This document shows, piece by piece, positions 13,496 to 28,500 of a DNA stretch of 64,000 bases. The notes under the pieces are model-generated. The model did not search any database and was not told the origin of the DNA. It worked only from the letters and a program-made list of their open reading frames with translations. The translations under genes and the position numbers were made by a program. The stretch is from the NCBI GenBank assembly GCA_043228905.1, contig JBHGNT010000048.1:1-64000 (forward strand), given 5' to 3'. Source of the stretch: Azolla caroliniana. Its lineage: Eukaryota; Plantae; Polypodiophyta. The first letter of the stretch is position 1. Each line of letters begins with the position of its first letter.

Positions 13496-16199
13496 TCAAT
13501 GATAAGTGTGTACACGTGTGATGGATCCCAATTATGTAATAAAGGATTCTTACGGGGGAAACATTTTTGCGAATGTAAATATACATTTAGTTAAATATAC
13601 ATTCACTAACATTTACCCCCTTCTATATAGAGTTGTTACTCATTCTTAGGCACCCTACGTCATTGGCAATGAGACAATTCCCTTCTTCTAGGTATGCATG
13701 TGTAGGGGGAGTGAATCACCTTTTCAAATGTAAACTCTATTTTAATAGTGTGGGGTAATTTGAGGTATATTAGGCTTGCCAAACCCTAAACTAATTGCTT
13801 TGTTAACTATTAGCTCTTATTAAACCTATGGTTTGGCTTCCATTCTTGAGATTTAATGTGGGGATTTGCTTTGTAAAAGGCGGTAACAATTCTAGAATAA
13901 TCTATATTTATATGCTTTCCTTCCCCACTAGCCTATACTTGCTACAAGATATTCCACATTTCGAATTTTCTAGTAATCAAACAAGGTTTCTCAAAACATA
14001 TATGCATTGCTTCCCATGACCCCCTAGTTGATCACATATATCAGCCAAGTTGATGATCACATGATAGATTTATGACAAAAAACAAGATAAACTCATAAAG
14101 ACAGTTCCTTTCAGTATTTTAATGTCTTATATCCATGCCCATTTCCATCCATTATTCAAGGTAGAAAATATCACGACATCACATGAGCCGCATACCAAGT
14201 GGAGGCATGACAACATGTGCCAAAATAGTTTGGATGTCAGAATTTCTTCTTTTAATGCCCTTTTCAACCACGACAAAAAACTTGGTTGCTTATGGATCCA
14301 AGTTCAATGTTGAATCCAATAAAAATTTTAAGTCGTAAATATGCTTTAAGAAAACTAAGTGAAATGGTGATAAAGTGCATCTTCGTAGTACATTCCATAT
14401 GGAGAAAGTGAAAATCAAGAAGGTATAATATCATTTATATAACCAGAAAACAAAGAGGTGAGCAACTTCATTAGTAAATAAGATTCGATTTTTCATCAAA
14501 GTTGAACTTGCATGACTAACAACTACCTTTGTCATGATTATTTTATCAAGTTTTACCACGGATTTACGATTCAAAATGATTTTCATTGTAACATGAATCT
14601 GTTACACCAAGTATCAGAATTACGAACACGATGTTTCTAAATATTATTGCCAATGTTGTGGGAATTATAAAACAAGATGTTAGTAAACATTATATAGAAA
14701 GGTTTTGGAAATAGTATAACGAGGCATATTATCATCTTTGCCATATTGGTGCATAGTAGAATTACATTTGATAGGACAATTGTCCAAAACCGTATTTGAC
14801 ATACTATCTCTTGTTGATGATGAGACCAAAACATAATAATTTATGATCAACAATTCTTACAATTGAATGAAGAAATATGGATACATGGTAAAAAACATGT
14901 TGACATTATCATTATCACTAACACATATATCAAACGAAGTACTAAAAAAATTATCGTTTTATGTATAATTCAAGAAAATCCAACATTTTCAACTCAATAT
15001 GTGCTTTTTGCCTTCCTTTGTCATCAATTGTGTCACATGAGTGTTGCAAATATAATATCATATTGAAGCAAAGAAAAAGCAAAAGGGCATCTACTTCAAA
15101 ATTTGTTTTGGTGGGCAACACATGCTAAAAACAAAAGGTGAATGAAGGATGATCTAACAAAGAGCATATATAACTTCATTCAGGACTAATGCACCTATCG
15201 TAGTGTATTCTTGCTTGCTTACTGAGCCCAAGTTGGCATCAATCATCTGCCTACCAAACTTGACCTGCTTTCATCTTGGGGCTTGACCGCTTTATTACTC
15301 ATTGTTGAGGATTTGCTTCCTTGTTTGTTGGGGCACTCGGCCACAATAAAGAGAAAGATGTGTTCAGTGGGGCTTATCTAATATATATATATATATATAT
15401 ATGTTGCTCAAATCAACTTTGATAGAAGGGATCTCCATAGCTCATAAATTTGCTACATAGCAAGTCGAAGTATTTCCATGTGATATTGGATTTCTTAGTT
15501 TATGTTCAGAAATTGGAGTTGATAAACTCTATTGGAAAACCATAAAGGATGTCATTTAGTCATGATAAATTCATTTCAACAATGGAAATCTATCTTCGCA
15601 TGCGTGCGTGCGTGTGTGCGCACACACACACACATACACACCTCACATCACAACATTGTCCATTGCCCCGATGGCCATTGCATCCCCTACCTTACGATCT
15701 AGGATTCCTAAATGAACGTGACCATCCATCCCATTTGAGAACTAGTCCATCCTTTCAATCTTTAAACCATTGTTATGCTTCCACACTTGATAAGGAGAGC
15801 ACAATTAGCACCATTGGGCCCACCTCTGTCAAGACGAGGATTCTCTTGATTGGATGCTCATTTTCGAGTATAGGATCTTTTGACCACATGCTTCAATAGA
15901 GGTGCATGCTCCTTAGTCAAGCATGCCTATGTGGAATGGGTGGTGGTGCTTCTCTTCTAAACATGTTGTGTTGCTCTTTAAGGGGTCTATGATTGCCATT
16001 TTATGTGTGGTTGTATGGATAGTGTGTTGCTCTTGGGGGGTGCATTTTGAGTTGGAGGGAGCCAATGATCCTTTTGGAAGTTCTAGTGTGCCACACATTT
16101 GGGAGTGTGTAGAAAGAAGGAAGCATGGGTGGTGACCACGTAATCTCAATGGTGAGGTAGTTATCTACCCCACATATCTCAAAGTTGTGGTTAATGATC

Positions 16200-17230
16200 A
16201 CTCCTTTTTACTTTTGGTTGGAACCATTTTCCAATCACAAATTTACAATTGTGTTTACCATTTTGGGACTACCCCAAAATGGTTACAATACTAACTCCCG
16301 CACTTGTGTTAGTTATTAATGGATGCTAACTCCATTTAATGTCAAAAGAAGGGTAAAATTAGTGTTGTTGGCCTTGAATGACAACACTACTAGGCATCTA
16401 TTGGTTGATGTTTTCAGGAGTCTTTTCAAGAACTTTGTTGCCTTGTAGTATAGGGGCAATAGCTTCCCCATATCTAGCACAAAGCTTGAGTCTAACTGTC
16501 TTCAACACATCATGTCAAGGGTTTAGGATGTAGCCTCAAAAGCTTTTCAACCATAAAACTTGTTTGGCTAAGATATGATCTAGGTCTTCATATTCCAAAT
16601 TCATAGGTCCAACCATCTTAAACTTCCATAATGAGTAATTAACCTTGTCTTCGCCTTGTGTTGAACTACTAACATTGTTTGGTTATGGTATTTAATCCTT
16701 TGTTCTTATTGGTCATACCCTAAGTTTCGTACTTCATTAGAAACTCGTTGGTGTTGCTCCTCTTGGACAAGGCTCACATATTCTTGCACTTTCTATATTT
16801 TAGTGACAGCATTGGGGTAAGTTTCCAAGTGAGTTGTTAATTTCCTTTGAAGTTTGTCTCTTGGGCTTGTGTTTTATTCATTGCATTATGATATCTCCCC
16901 ATTTATTGAAGGTGTCTTTTATGAGGCTTTGTTACCATGACCATTTCTTTTATACTATTTATGAGGTGTCTTTTATTAGGCTTTGTGTGCTCTCCAATGT
17001 TGATCACAAGGTATTGGTGTTTAAAAGTGCATGAGATGAATCTATCATGAACCAATCAAGGATTACTAAATTCTTATCATACACTAGGTTCCAATATGGC
17101 GCATTCCATATTTGGCAATAGCGAGCATATCACCAACTTCAAGATAGAATCATACCTTGATTCAGAAAATGGGTATCATGAGGTCGAAACCATATTCGTT
17201 TGTCTATGATATAATCTTCATCTTTGTCTG
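16200..17230 (-). mobile_element. Decayed Ty3/Gypsy integrase/RNase H remnant
   Basis: Minus-strand traces of VGP (about 16610), an ALWAYRT-like motif (about 16535) and YGxEAxxP (about 16465). No intact ORF. Confidence 0.35.
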
Positions 17231-18844
17231 CTTCACATGCTAGTAACCCCCCCTCAAATATTATGGTCATCCATGAGAAATGCTAGCTTTTTATTCGTGT
17301 AAGTTCTAAATGTGCATTTGCACTCGATAAGTTGTTATTTATTCTCATATGGAGAACATTGTTTCTTAAGTATAATACAAGCTAACTTATGCAAAGGAAA
17401 GATTGTCTTAACATGCAATCATATGCTACCTAGTTGGCCGATATGGTTACTACAAAAGTAATATGGTACTCAACATCGTATATGGTGAAGGGTGTTCATA
17501 TGATACCCCTAGACCCTAAAAGCTAAACCCTCAAGATGTTGTCAAACCATTGGGGTTGTGGAGATTTACCATTGCATTTGCCCATCTTAGCATTACCCAA
17601 TTAGTTCTACTAACAAAATTTCACTCTTGATCACAATATTATTGGAGTGGTAACATTGTTTAATATTTACCTTTATGAGGTGTATGAAACTAGTCTCGTC
17701 ATCTCAAAAGGGTAGCAACCCAAGTCTTCGCTTGTGGTGGTTCTAGGATTGATGTCATGATATGGCAGGTGTGAAAGGGGAAAATCTCCTAAACGTCAAG
17801 TTTCATAATAGGTTAAGATTATGCAGATATGTATATGGGAGAAAAAGAGGCTATAAAGATTAAGTAAACATCATAAAATAGTTCAAATGCTAAGACTTTA
17901 AATTGGAAAAAAGTGTCATAAAGCTCACAAAAGAGGATGGAGGAAAAAGATGAGCTATAATTTGTAAGCCGCAACAATGAAGGGTGAGAAATATACAATC
18001 ATATTAGTGAAACTTTTGCTAGCATCAATGTACATGCAAGAATAATAATAAGGGCATGCCAAAAGAAAAGGCAATGGTGCATACTAAAAAGAAGAAAACA
18101 TTATTTTTATTTGACGAAGGAGGTCTTGAAAGCTATATAATGTGCGACAAAGCTCATTGCTATGTTCAAGAAATTTGGGAATCAAGCACCCAAGGCTTAT
18201 CAACAAACCGAATATTAGGCGGCAATGAATCACAAGTTCTATAGTGATACATGTGTATGTGAATGGACACGGTCATCAAAAAGTGATATTTACATATGCA
18301 TGTTTGAGTATCAACATTGTATCATTGATCCACTCCTACAAGTATTGAAAGTTTGAACTCAGAATATGAGCATTGGAAGTGAAACTTCAATCAAATTTGT
18401 CAGCTCCTAGACCCTAAATCAGACCTAGGGACCCCTAAAACATACTTGTGCCCCTTTTCGTATCTAGGGCAATCCCAAATTGGCTTCACCTATGGATTAT
18501 TTGGATTTGGGCGAAAAAGAAGGCTTATGAGCAACAAATGATTATTCTTCAAACTACAACAAAGAAAGAAGGAGCAACTGACAAAGTGCAACAACTCTTG
18601 TGTTGTTGCTTGGCGTCAATTGCCTACATACCATGCCAAGGCTACAACTTTGTGTTTCCAAGCCCGGGCTTCACACCCACTCAACATTCTCATTTCCCCT
18701 TTTTTCCTATTCACACCCACCCCTCGAGAGCTATACCCTAACTACCACAAAGCAAGGGAACTTATGTTCCCAAAACACCTCCTTTTCAATAAGATACATA
18801 TACCTTCCAAATTTCTACATCTCCCCTCCCCCTTAAAATTAAAC

Positions 18845-19260
18845 TAACACATACATACAAACACAAATCTACAAATATACATGCACAAGCACAAGCACAT
18901 ACACAAACACAACTACACTCACATACATGTGGGCACATATATACATGTAGGCACATACACATTACATATATGTATAACACAAACACATTCACAAGACTAT
19001 GCTCTTGAGAGCACATATAAACTAACACAAATATATCAACATTCACAAATTTATACACTACTTCACATACACAACTACTTTGCACACACATTCGCACGAG
19101 TGAGTTCATATGAGCCCATGTCAACAAAAGGCTGCACATAACACATAAAAAACAATTCCTCAAACCACAGGTCATTTGCACATATACTCACAAAATCAAG
19201 CATATCCATGAACACATGCACATGCACGCAAAATAGTGCACGTGTAGACACTTAACTAAC
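18845..19260. repeat. Degenerate (CA/TA)-rich low-complexity tract
   Basis: ACAC/ATAC/ACAT-rich sequence that generates spurious Cys/Val/His/Thr-rich ORFs. Confidence 0.7.
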
Positions 19261-20954
19261 TAAATACGCTATTATAAATCCTTTCTTATGAAAATTGAAC
19301 GAGAAAAATTAACCGTATGTTCTGATGCACACAACCACCAAATACAATTGTGTTATCTTGTCCATATAGAGTGTATTCACAAGTGCATCCACTTAAATCA
19401 AGGAAGAAAAGATCAACATGCCATCTAACATGAATTCATGTTTTCCTTATCCTATCTCCACAAAAATTCATGTTTCTCTTCAAGATTGAGACAAGCCTGT
19501 TTTGTATTTTACATATTTCAAACATGAGGATTTAGACGATAGATATACGCTTTCCCTTCTTGTTCCATTCTCAATAAATTGGGTACCTAAAGTGGGGGGC
19601 AAGAAACAACCACAAATAGGGGCACTATTACCAATGGGAAATTTACATTCAGATTTAGCCACCATCAATTGATGGAACTGCCTGCCCTTTTGCTCCCCAA
19701 TTGATACAACTTAACGTTGCCAATGTTTTTGATATGGGCAAATCCAACAACTAAGCTTCTCAAGTATTGTCATTACAATTTTATGGGTGATCCATGTTGA
19801 ATAAGGTACTATGCACAAGCAACATCCTTTTGAATGACTCAAACATCCTATATGCACGTTTATCATGTGGTAAAGCCTTCCATCATCCAAAAAAATAAAT
19901 TGTTTTGTAGAGGGCCTCAATAGTGCTACATACATCAAAGCTTGTGTGGTCACTTCTCGAAGAGCCATGATTCCATATGAAGGAAGCTCCAAGAAATATG
20001 CTTGGTGTGGATATTAACACTTGCCGAGCATAACCAAGGCTCGCTTAGAAGCAACAAATAGCAACCCTGCCAATTTAGACCATAGTGAAATACAACCTAG
20101 TAACATCAACACCACCAGTATATATAAGACCTCCAAGGATATATGAACAGTACATGGTAGTGAATTTGTCCATATTTTAAAGCAAATTTGAAGTTACATT
20201 ATTTAAAAAAACATATCCGAATGATGGAAAGATTAACCATAGACAACCAAAAAGTCAAAATAATTGACATAATATATATCAAAACTTCATAACCAAGTGT
20301 ACAAAATAAAATTTCCTTTTTAGGCAAGTTACACATGTATATTTTATTTACTCCACGCATTGTACATGGAATCTTTACATGAAGTAAAAAATAAATAAAC
20401 AATCTTCTTACAGCTTCTACTTGGCTGATTTGCATCTCTATTCAATCAACAAGCGCATCCTATATCACATTTCCTATTATACTTCACAATTGAGTGGAGT
20501 ACTGGTTTGAATAATTATAGCAAATTAGGGCTTCTCCAAAGGCCGAATGATACCACTTGGTTAATTTCATCATAAAATAGACTAAGTGCTGGGCTAAGGA
20601 TATGTCTGATAACGAAAGTAAAGGAGCAAATGCTCCAACAAAAACAACTTTATTTCAACATCTTGCTGAACCAAAAGATGCATCCCGGACTCTCAAGGTC
20701 ATGTTTCCAAGAATAAATTTGATCAGTATGTATAACCTTTTGCAATGATGCATACGTTCCCAATTATAAAACATTATAAAGAGCACACCAAATCCACACA
20801 CGACATGCTATCCATGCTCTACTGATAGAATAGGGCTCATAACACTCCTTTGAATTCCTCTCATGAATTGGAAGTGAATGCAAAAATTGTTATGTTTTCC
20901 TGTGGTAGTGATGCAAAATTAGTGACTGTTTCTTTATATGCTAGATATTGCTCT

Positions 20955-22532
20955 CTATTGAAAAATGCTGCTCACTGAGCTGTCATCGTAAACACGCCAA
21001 ATTGTCTCACCAAGGAGGTTTGCTACAGACAATACTGTTAGTTGTGGAAAATAGTTTTCCTCTTTCACCGGGATTGTGTTTGTGATGATAACTTCTTGAA
21101 AAAGGCCGCCAGATAGTCGTTCAATCGCAGGAGGGCTGCAGAGTTTAACATTCTTTTTTATTCTAACTGTAATAATATATAGAGAAAATTACATTAAACT
21201 CTTTTTCAGAAAACACCAGCTTTATCCATAAGTTCCCGAAAGTTGCCAAAACATCATCCCCTTCAAGACGTAACTTTTGTATTAAGGGAGGTTTTCTTTA
21301 GAAACTTAGAGATATACCCTAGAGTAATGTTTAAAATCCCATAGGGGGTATGGCCTAATAGTAATAGTTTTTAAGAAAGAGTTTGTAAATGTTTCAGTGT
21401 ATTTCAGATATATCCCCCAGAGTTTCTAAATGTTGCCAAAAAGCCTCAAATAGTGACTTTCGTACTATGAAGGATAATATTTGGAGGGGGGTATACTCCA
21501 GATTATAATACTAGGATGTTAAATGTACAAAACAGTCTCTTGGTAAATATGGTGTAGATAACACAATCTCAATGGCATAAAACACAATAGAAGCTAGGCT
21601 ATTTTGCATCATCAAGATGAACCACTATATTTAGGAGAAAAATAACTACAAAAAAGAAATCATTTTGAATTTTTTCCAAATAAAGAATACTTCCTCTTGA
21701 TGTAGACAGTTCCTAGCTTCTTCACTTGCGTGTTTTAACATTAGCAATAACCAACCTGAAGATTGCATGAGTACTGCAGGCATACACCTCACGTGCACCT
21801 TCTTGATGAAGAAGCGCAGCTCCGTTAGTTATTGTCCCTGTGTCATGATATCAATTAGATAACATTCCATGTACTTTAGTTATATATAAACATTAAAACA
21901 AAATACCTATAAAGAATTCAAGAGTATGCTTACCAGCTGTGTCTATCATGTCATCGACCATAACTGCAACCTTCCCTTTTACATCTCCTATAAGATTCAT
22001 TACCTAAGAATTTACAGCCAGCATCAACATCTTATCCAGTAGGAAAATGGATTAAGTCAAAAACAGGGAAAAAAGCTAAAAACAATCATTCAAAAAAATA
22101 AAAATTTTGAACTAAACATATGGTCATGTTTCAAACACAGATTGTACTACTCCTAACGTGTTTCTCGGAGAAATTAAAAATTGATTCAAAATGGGCCCTC
22201 TAATATTTATCAATCTTGGTATAAACATTATAAGGCCTATTTTGAATCAATTTTAAATTTCTCTGAGTAACATACAGACTTTTAAATAAAATAATATACC
22301 TCTGCCACATTATGCCCTTGTCGACGTTTATCGACAATGGCCAGAGGTGCATCTGATAGTTTCTTTGCAAAAGTTCGAGCTCGTGCAACACCGCCAACAT
22401 CAGGAGAGACAACCACTAAATCTTGCGATGATATCATCTTGCTCGCTAAATAATCCAATATGACAGGCTAATTTGAAAACCAATGAATCAACAAAATGAA
22501 TCAGCCAATACACATACATATACACATAAACG

Positions 22533-22573
<41 letters not shown>

Positions 22574-25500
22574 TCAAAATAAGATAGCAAGAGTTCATAC
22601 CTGACCATAAACATGATCTACCGGTATATCAAAATAACCCATAGATTGCCCAGAATGAAGATCACATGCAAGGACACGATTTGCCCCAGCTTCAGTAATC
22701 AAATTTGCAACAAGCTTCGCAGCGATTGATTCACGACCATGTGTCTGAGAAGTATGTCTATGTCATTAGACATTTGAAAAAAAAGTTCCATAATTGATGC
22801 CATGCAATAATAGTATTGATATTGAAAAACTCAAGCCTAATGAGATTTGAAATCTGTCCGGGGGAGGTTTGTGTTAATTTGTGTTCACATTAGCTGTACA
22901 ATTAAACACAAGATTTTGAGTTACCAACTAATGGATGATTTTCTGCGGTGGTCATATTGTGGTTGAGATTTATATTCATGTGCGTTGAATGTATGTGCAC
23001 ATGTGAATAAGTGTGTGCACACTTTAATGCTAATGTTGTGTATGTGTATGTTCCTTTTAACTTGTGCATTGTGTGCAAATATATTTTGTATGTGTGTCTG
23101 TACATGCACACATCTGTGAGTGGAAATGCAAGTGTCAAACTTGAAAATGCGGAATTGAAATGTTGAAAACATTAGAATAAGAGGAAAGCAGTTAATTGGA
23201 GGGAGAGTCAACTAATGAAAGGAGAGGTGGTTTCTAAATCCAATCATTTGAAGAAGGAATATAATAGCAGGGCGAAAAAAAATGCAGGGGAGAACATGAG
23301 GGCCACGAGCAAGAAAGTAGAGAGAGTTCACTATAGCTGCTCATTATTCCACTCCCATCATTCCTATCATAAACCATCATCGCCATCATTTTGTTCGATC
23401 CATCATCATAACCATCATAAAAATGATGCCGTTGCCCAGTGAAACACAAGGGGTAGCATAAAGCAATGCTGGAGAGGCATTTGACCAATGGAATCCTCAG
23501 TAGGCAGAGCCAAACGAAGAGACGGGAAATGGGAGGGATCTGCTCAATTGAGATCAAGGAACAAAGTATTTCATAGGGTAGAAAAGTATCTACATTGACT
23601 TCAATGGTTTGAATCTTTCTTGAAACACATGCTGTCAGAAGTTCACCTAAGGTGTAATTGGCTTTCTGTATCATATTCAACGGGTGTCAATGTTCAAATC
23701 TCACATGGAACAAATGTTGATGGATTTTCATCTAAGTTGAAATTGGGTGTATATATATATATATATATAGATATATTACATATATATAGATATAGATATA
23801 GATAGATATTGAGTTTCCCATCTTGAGGTATTCATAGTACTTTTGGTTTCTTTGTGGGTTAATCAGGGTCAGCTAGTATAAAAAACAGCGCGCCAAACTG
23901 CAAACCATGCATATAAGGAATAGCAAAACAAGTGCAAATCATAGTCATGGGTCAAACTATACAACATGGATATGAAAAATAATTTATCAAGGATAACTCC
24001 CAAAAACCATAAATGGTTTTTTGCAATGGCTTTTCTTGTTTCGACTTTTCTATATAATTGTAGCACAATTTGAAATCTATTATACCTTACGATCCGCTCT
24101 TGCATAACCAAAATATGGAATAACTGCTGTAACTGTTTTTGCAGAGGCACGTCGGCATGCATCAATCATTATCAAAAGCTCCATCAAATTCTCATTTGCA
24201 GGTGGACATGTTGGCTGCACCAGAAAAACATCACAACCTCGGACACTCTCTTGAAGTTGAACATAGATTTCTCCATCTGCAAACCTTTTGATGTTGATCT
24301 TGCTGAGATCAAGGCCCATGTAGCAAGCAATCTCCTGTAAATTTCCAGAATCAGATGTAGCAAAACGACAACCCACAAGTCCTCATGAGTATTCCCCTTC
24401 ACTCTCACTACACTTAGAAAACCATCTTATTTCATGGAATTTTTCCATCTATCAACTTTGTCACACTTTACAAGCATGTAAATGTTCATTACATAGCTAT
24501 TTGATTAGTGACCATGCTAAATGCTAAATTAAACATCGCCATTATATAATTTATGTTCCTCATTAGTTATTTTCTATGTCTTTCTAGTAGTAACTAGCCC
24601 ACCTTTGTATTTTTTTTCATGGACATGCCAAAGACCTCCATGGCCTTGTATAAAAACCTCATTTCATGAAGAATACCAGACATTTTCCTTAGGTCAAGTT
24701 TTAATTCCTTTGCATGAGTGAGAGAATTGTTTTAACCTCTTTTTCTCTTTTATGTCTTACTCTTAATCTCTTCTTCATTCATAATTGGTGACCATATTGA
24801 AATTGAGAATTAATCAATCGCTTGGGAAAAGAATTAGTAAGAACCCCATCTCCTTCCAAGCCTAGTTGTCCTTAACATAACAGATCCAAGAAACTTCCTG
24901 TCGTCCTCAGTTTTAGTGGAAGGGTGAAATGTTCGCACTACTGCTGGGAATGGCACTTTTCAGAAGTTGAAGGCATTCCTTGCTTTTTTTTTAGAGGTTA
25001 TTTGGCAGTAACCTTGTTTTCAAAGATAATAAGCACTGAAATTTTAGTAAGTATGAGTAAAAATGAAATGATGAGTGATTATTTTCTAAATTTCGATAAC
25101 CTCTACAAAAGAAGAGGGGCAAGGAAATAACCATCACTGGGAAAACCTCACAAAGTATCATATTTAAAGTACACTAGAGCTTTTGTAAACAGAAACATTA
25201 AAATATATTGATCAAAAAATTTATGCTTCTTACTATTTGAATTTCTTTCTAACAATTTCTTACAAAGTCAGTTTTTAATGAATTTTGTTTTCAAAAGCCC
25301 CAGTTGCATGTTCAGTATGGTATTTTGGGGGGTTTAACGAATATTATTTCCTTCCCCTCTTTTTTTAGAGGTTATCTAACTTGAGACAAGAATCAATCAT
25401 CATCACAGTTGTTAAAATTTCAGCCCTGTGTAACTCCAAATAAAGCACATGGTGAGAACAAGGAAATGGAGAGATAGTATGCTTCATAGTCTCACTAGGA

Positions 25501-28500
25501 AAGTACTCACCAACTTACTGAGACCCTAAGAACGGTCAGCTATACATAGGTAAATAGAGCTTACTGTATACCACCACTCAGCCACAAGCTGTAAGCCATA
25601 ATTTTATTGACCAACTTACCAATTGTCAAACATCATGAATTGCACCAATTGCAGAATGTAAGGATTGAACACATGACCTTTTGGTGTCTGTAGGACAGCA
25701 ATGCAAAGTAAGTCGAGAGGAAGAAATGTCTAGACCTGATAGATGTAGCTCAGTTGCTAAGGCTGTCTAACAGAAACCAAAAGGTCATGTGTTCAACCCT
25801 TACATTCTGCAATTGGTGCAATTCATGATATTTGACTATTGGTACAAGGATAAATAAAATTATGGCTTACCACTAGGGTACAGGCACAAGACCAGAAAGG
25901 TAGCGATCTCCATAAACAGTCAAACTAAGGCACATTATATAAGAAAATATGGTACAGGAAGCTGATCAAAAACTGTGAATGTTCTCAAATTACTCAAAAC
26001 CGGATTCAATTCCAGGGCTACATCCTGCTGAGGTTATTGAGGTTATTGGTCGTGAAAAAATTTGTCCTTGCCCTAGTTGAGGTTATTGATGGCCTCACTC
26101 TCCTGCGACACAATTATACAGGAGACAGTCTCTCTATCTCTCCATGTCAGCTTGCACTAGGAAGAGATCACCCTTAAAACTCATCCTAGTATCATTGGTT
26201 TGCAGTGGCTTGAGTTTCACAATCTAATGGTGGATTGGCGAGCTTGACCATCCACCCTGCCAAGAGTGTTGGGTGCCTCATCCTGCTTCCACTCCCATCT
26301 CTGGGTCCTTATTTTCATTCCTACAGAATCTCTTGTTTCCTCGAAGTCTTATGCCCACCATTCCTCTTCAGGCTGATGCTTCTATTCACATAGGACTCTC
26401 CGAGACATTCCCACTCTTGTTTCTGTCCCTGGATTCATTCATGTTTTTTGTCTTAAGTATTATTTCTTCATGTCCCTCGCCTACCTTAATTCCTTCCTGT
26501 TTCCATGCAGCATCTTCAGGCTTATGCGCTCACCACTCTGGTTTTGACCAAGGAACGTAGCTGGATTTATGCTTTTGTGGCGACTCCGTTTTTCTGTGAT
26601 GCTTGACACTTTTCGTTATATATCATCCTCAACATGCCCACCCACCCTTTGGAGCCCATTATGTCAACCTCACTCCTAACAAAATATAGCAATTTTTCCA
26701 ATGTGTCTAAATGAGGGGCCCGAATCACTTTCTCTCCATTTGGACCAATCTACAAGCTTTCAGAGCCCATGCCCATCGTCCTCTGCACATACATTAGCAA
26801 AAATCTTGGAAAAGGCTTCATCCACCACTCTAAGGCCCTTCCCCAGCCACCCATCTTGTTTCCCAAAAAGAAATACAGATCACTACAGCTTTGTTTCAAC
26901 TATGTGATCAAAACAAAATCTATATACCAGCAAATCTCCTTCTACACTTAGCATTGTAGATTGATACGCATAGACTTTTTTTCTTTTTCTTTTTAGCACT
27001 TACTGCCAAGCACTCTGTTGCATCCCAACGGCCCGATCGAGTTTGCCAATGATTGGTATTCCTTACCACTGTGATCCATGAGCTTCTCAACTGTATCCAG
27101 ACTTGGAGAGTCTTTTCCGAGATCAACCTATATGGCATCTGCAACCAGGTTCATATTGAACCTGGCTGAGTGGAAGACTACCTTTCAAAACCCTCTATGG
27201 AAATTTTGAATACACACTCATGACATGTGGGCTTACTAATGTCCCAACAATCTTTCAACACATGATCAGCGACATTTTCTGGCATTCCTACTCAAATTAT
27301 AGTGTTGTAGACTAATTAAGTAATGCATATCTTACACTAATGAAGGCTAGCATGGAAAGAAACACAAGCTAAGGATTAGATAGAAAAGAATTCTCTTTCA
27401 ATGATAAAAAGCTCGCGCCACTTGGACCACAAACCTATTTTAAGAATTTTCATGGCTCATAATGGAAATGAACTTACTTTGCAGCCCCTATGCATAATGT
27501 CCATGAAAACAATCATCTTAATCAATATAATATTCACAGAGAAAGTATTGTATAGCTATTTCCAAGTTAAATAATAGCATTGATAACTTTGAGGAACTTG
27601 ATTTACTTCAAATTTTAGATGTGGAGTATAACAATGACCAATCACTTATGATACCTGGGCCAATGATGGATTTGCAGTCCCTGAAAAAATCCGAAGACGT
27701 GTTGTATCACGAAAGTCACCCAAATTCACATATTTCAAATCTTTTGGATGGAGGAGTCCTTGAGGTTCTGAGTGTTTTATATTTTTCAATGATGGTAATG
27801 ATTTTTCATTAAATACACCTGGATTGACAAGAGTGCATCTCTGCAAAAGAAAGAATATTTTCAAAATAAATATAAAACACCTGGATACTCACATCTAGAT
27901 ATGTCTCGCAACATATTGTATGAACACATTATAATGCTCTTAGTATAACCGATTTAGAGGGATAGCTTGAGATGCAAGGGCAAAGTACTTTTTGGATCCT
28001 CCTCTGGAAAGATTTCATATTCTTGCATAACATGTTGAAAGAAAGAAAGAATCATATAATGAGTCCATTTGCCATCTAAAGATCTTTATCTCTTTGAAAA
28101 CTCCAAATCTCCACTAGTTATCCAGCATACTATACTTTATCATAGTGATCTTCAATTTAGCAAAGGAACAAAAATTGACCCATTCACTGTAATCCATAAT
28201 AGATGGTTCTCATTTTACTTCGCCATAATGACAGACAATTCATTCACCATAATAATGGATAAAACTGTTGGCAACTCCAGAACTGCACTCTCTTTCATCT
28301 TTATTATCTCTCTTCTATATTCTCTTTCTACCAAGATTCTTCTCTCTAGAATCTGCAACTCTTTAAATGCCTTCTCCATCTAGAATTTGCAACGCTTTAA
28401 ATGCCTTCTCTCTCTTTCACTTTTCCAAGATATTCCCTTATATTCCTCATTTATTATACCTGTTTGGTAGTACAAGAGTCACTTAACTACCAAACAACCA

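Noticed and set aside
18786-19181. 131-aa Cys/Val-rich ORF and its antisense partner
   Set aside because: Low-complexity CA/TA tract with no domain or splice support.
23215-23805. ORFs of 61-148 aa in PRS intron 3
   Set aside because: No recognisable motifs or exon structure; probably old repeat-derived sequence.
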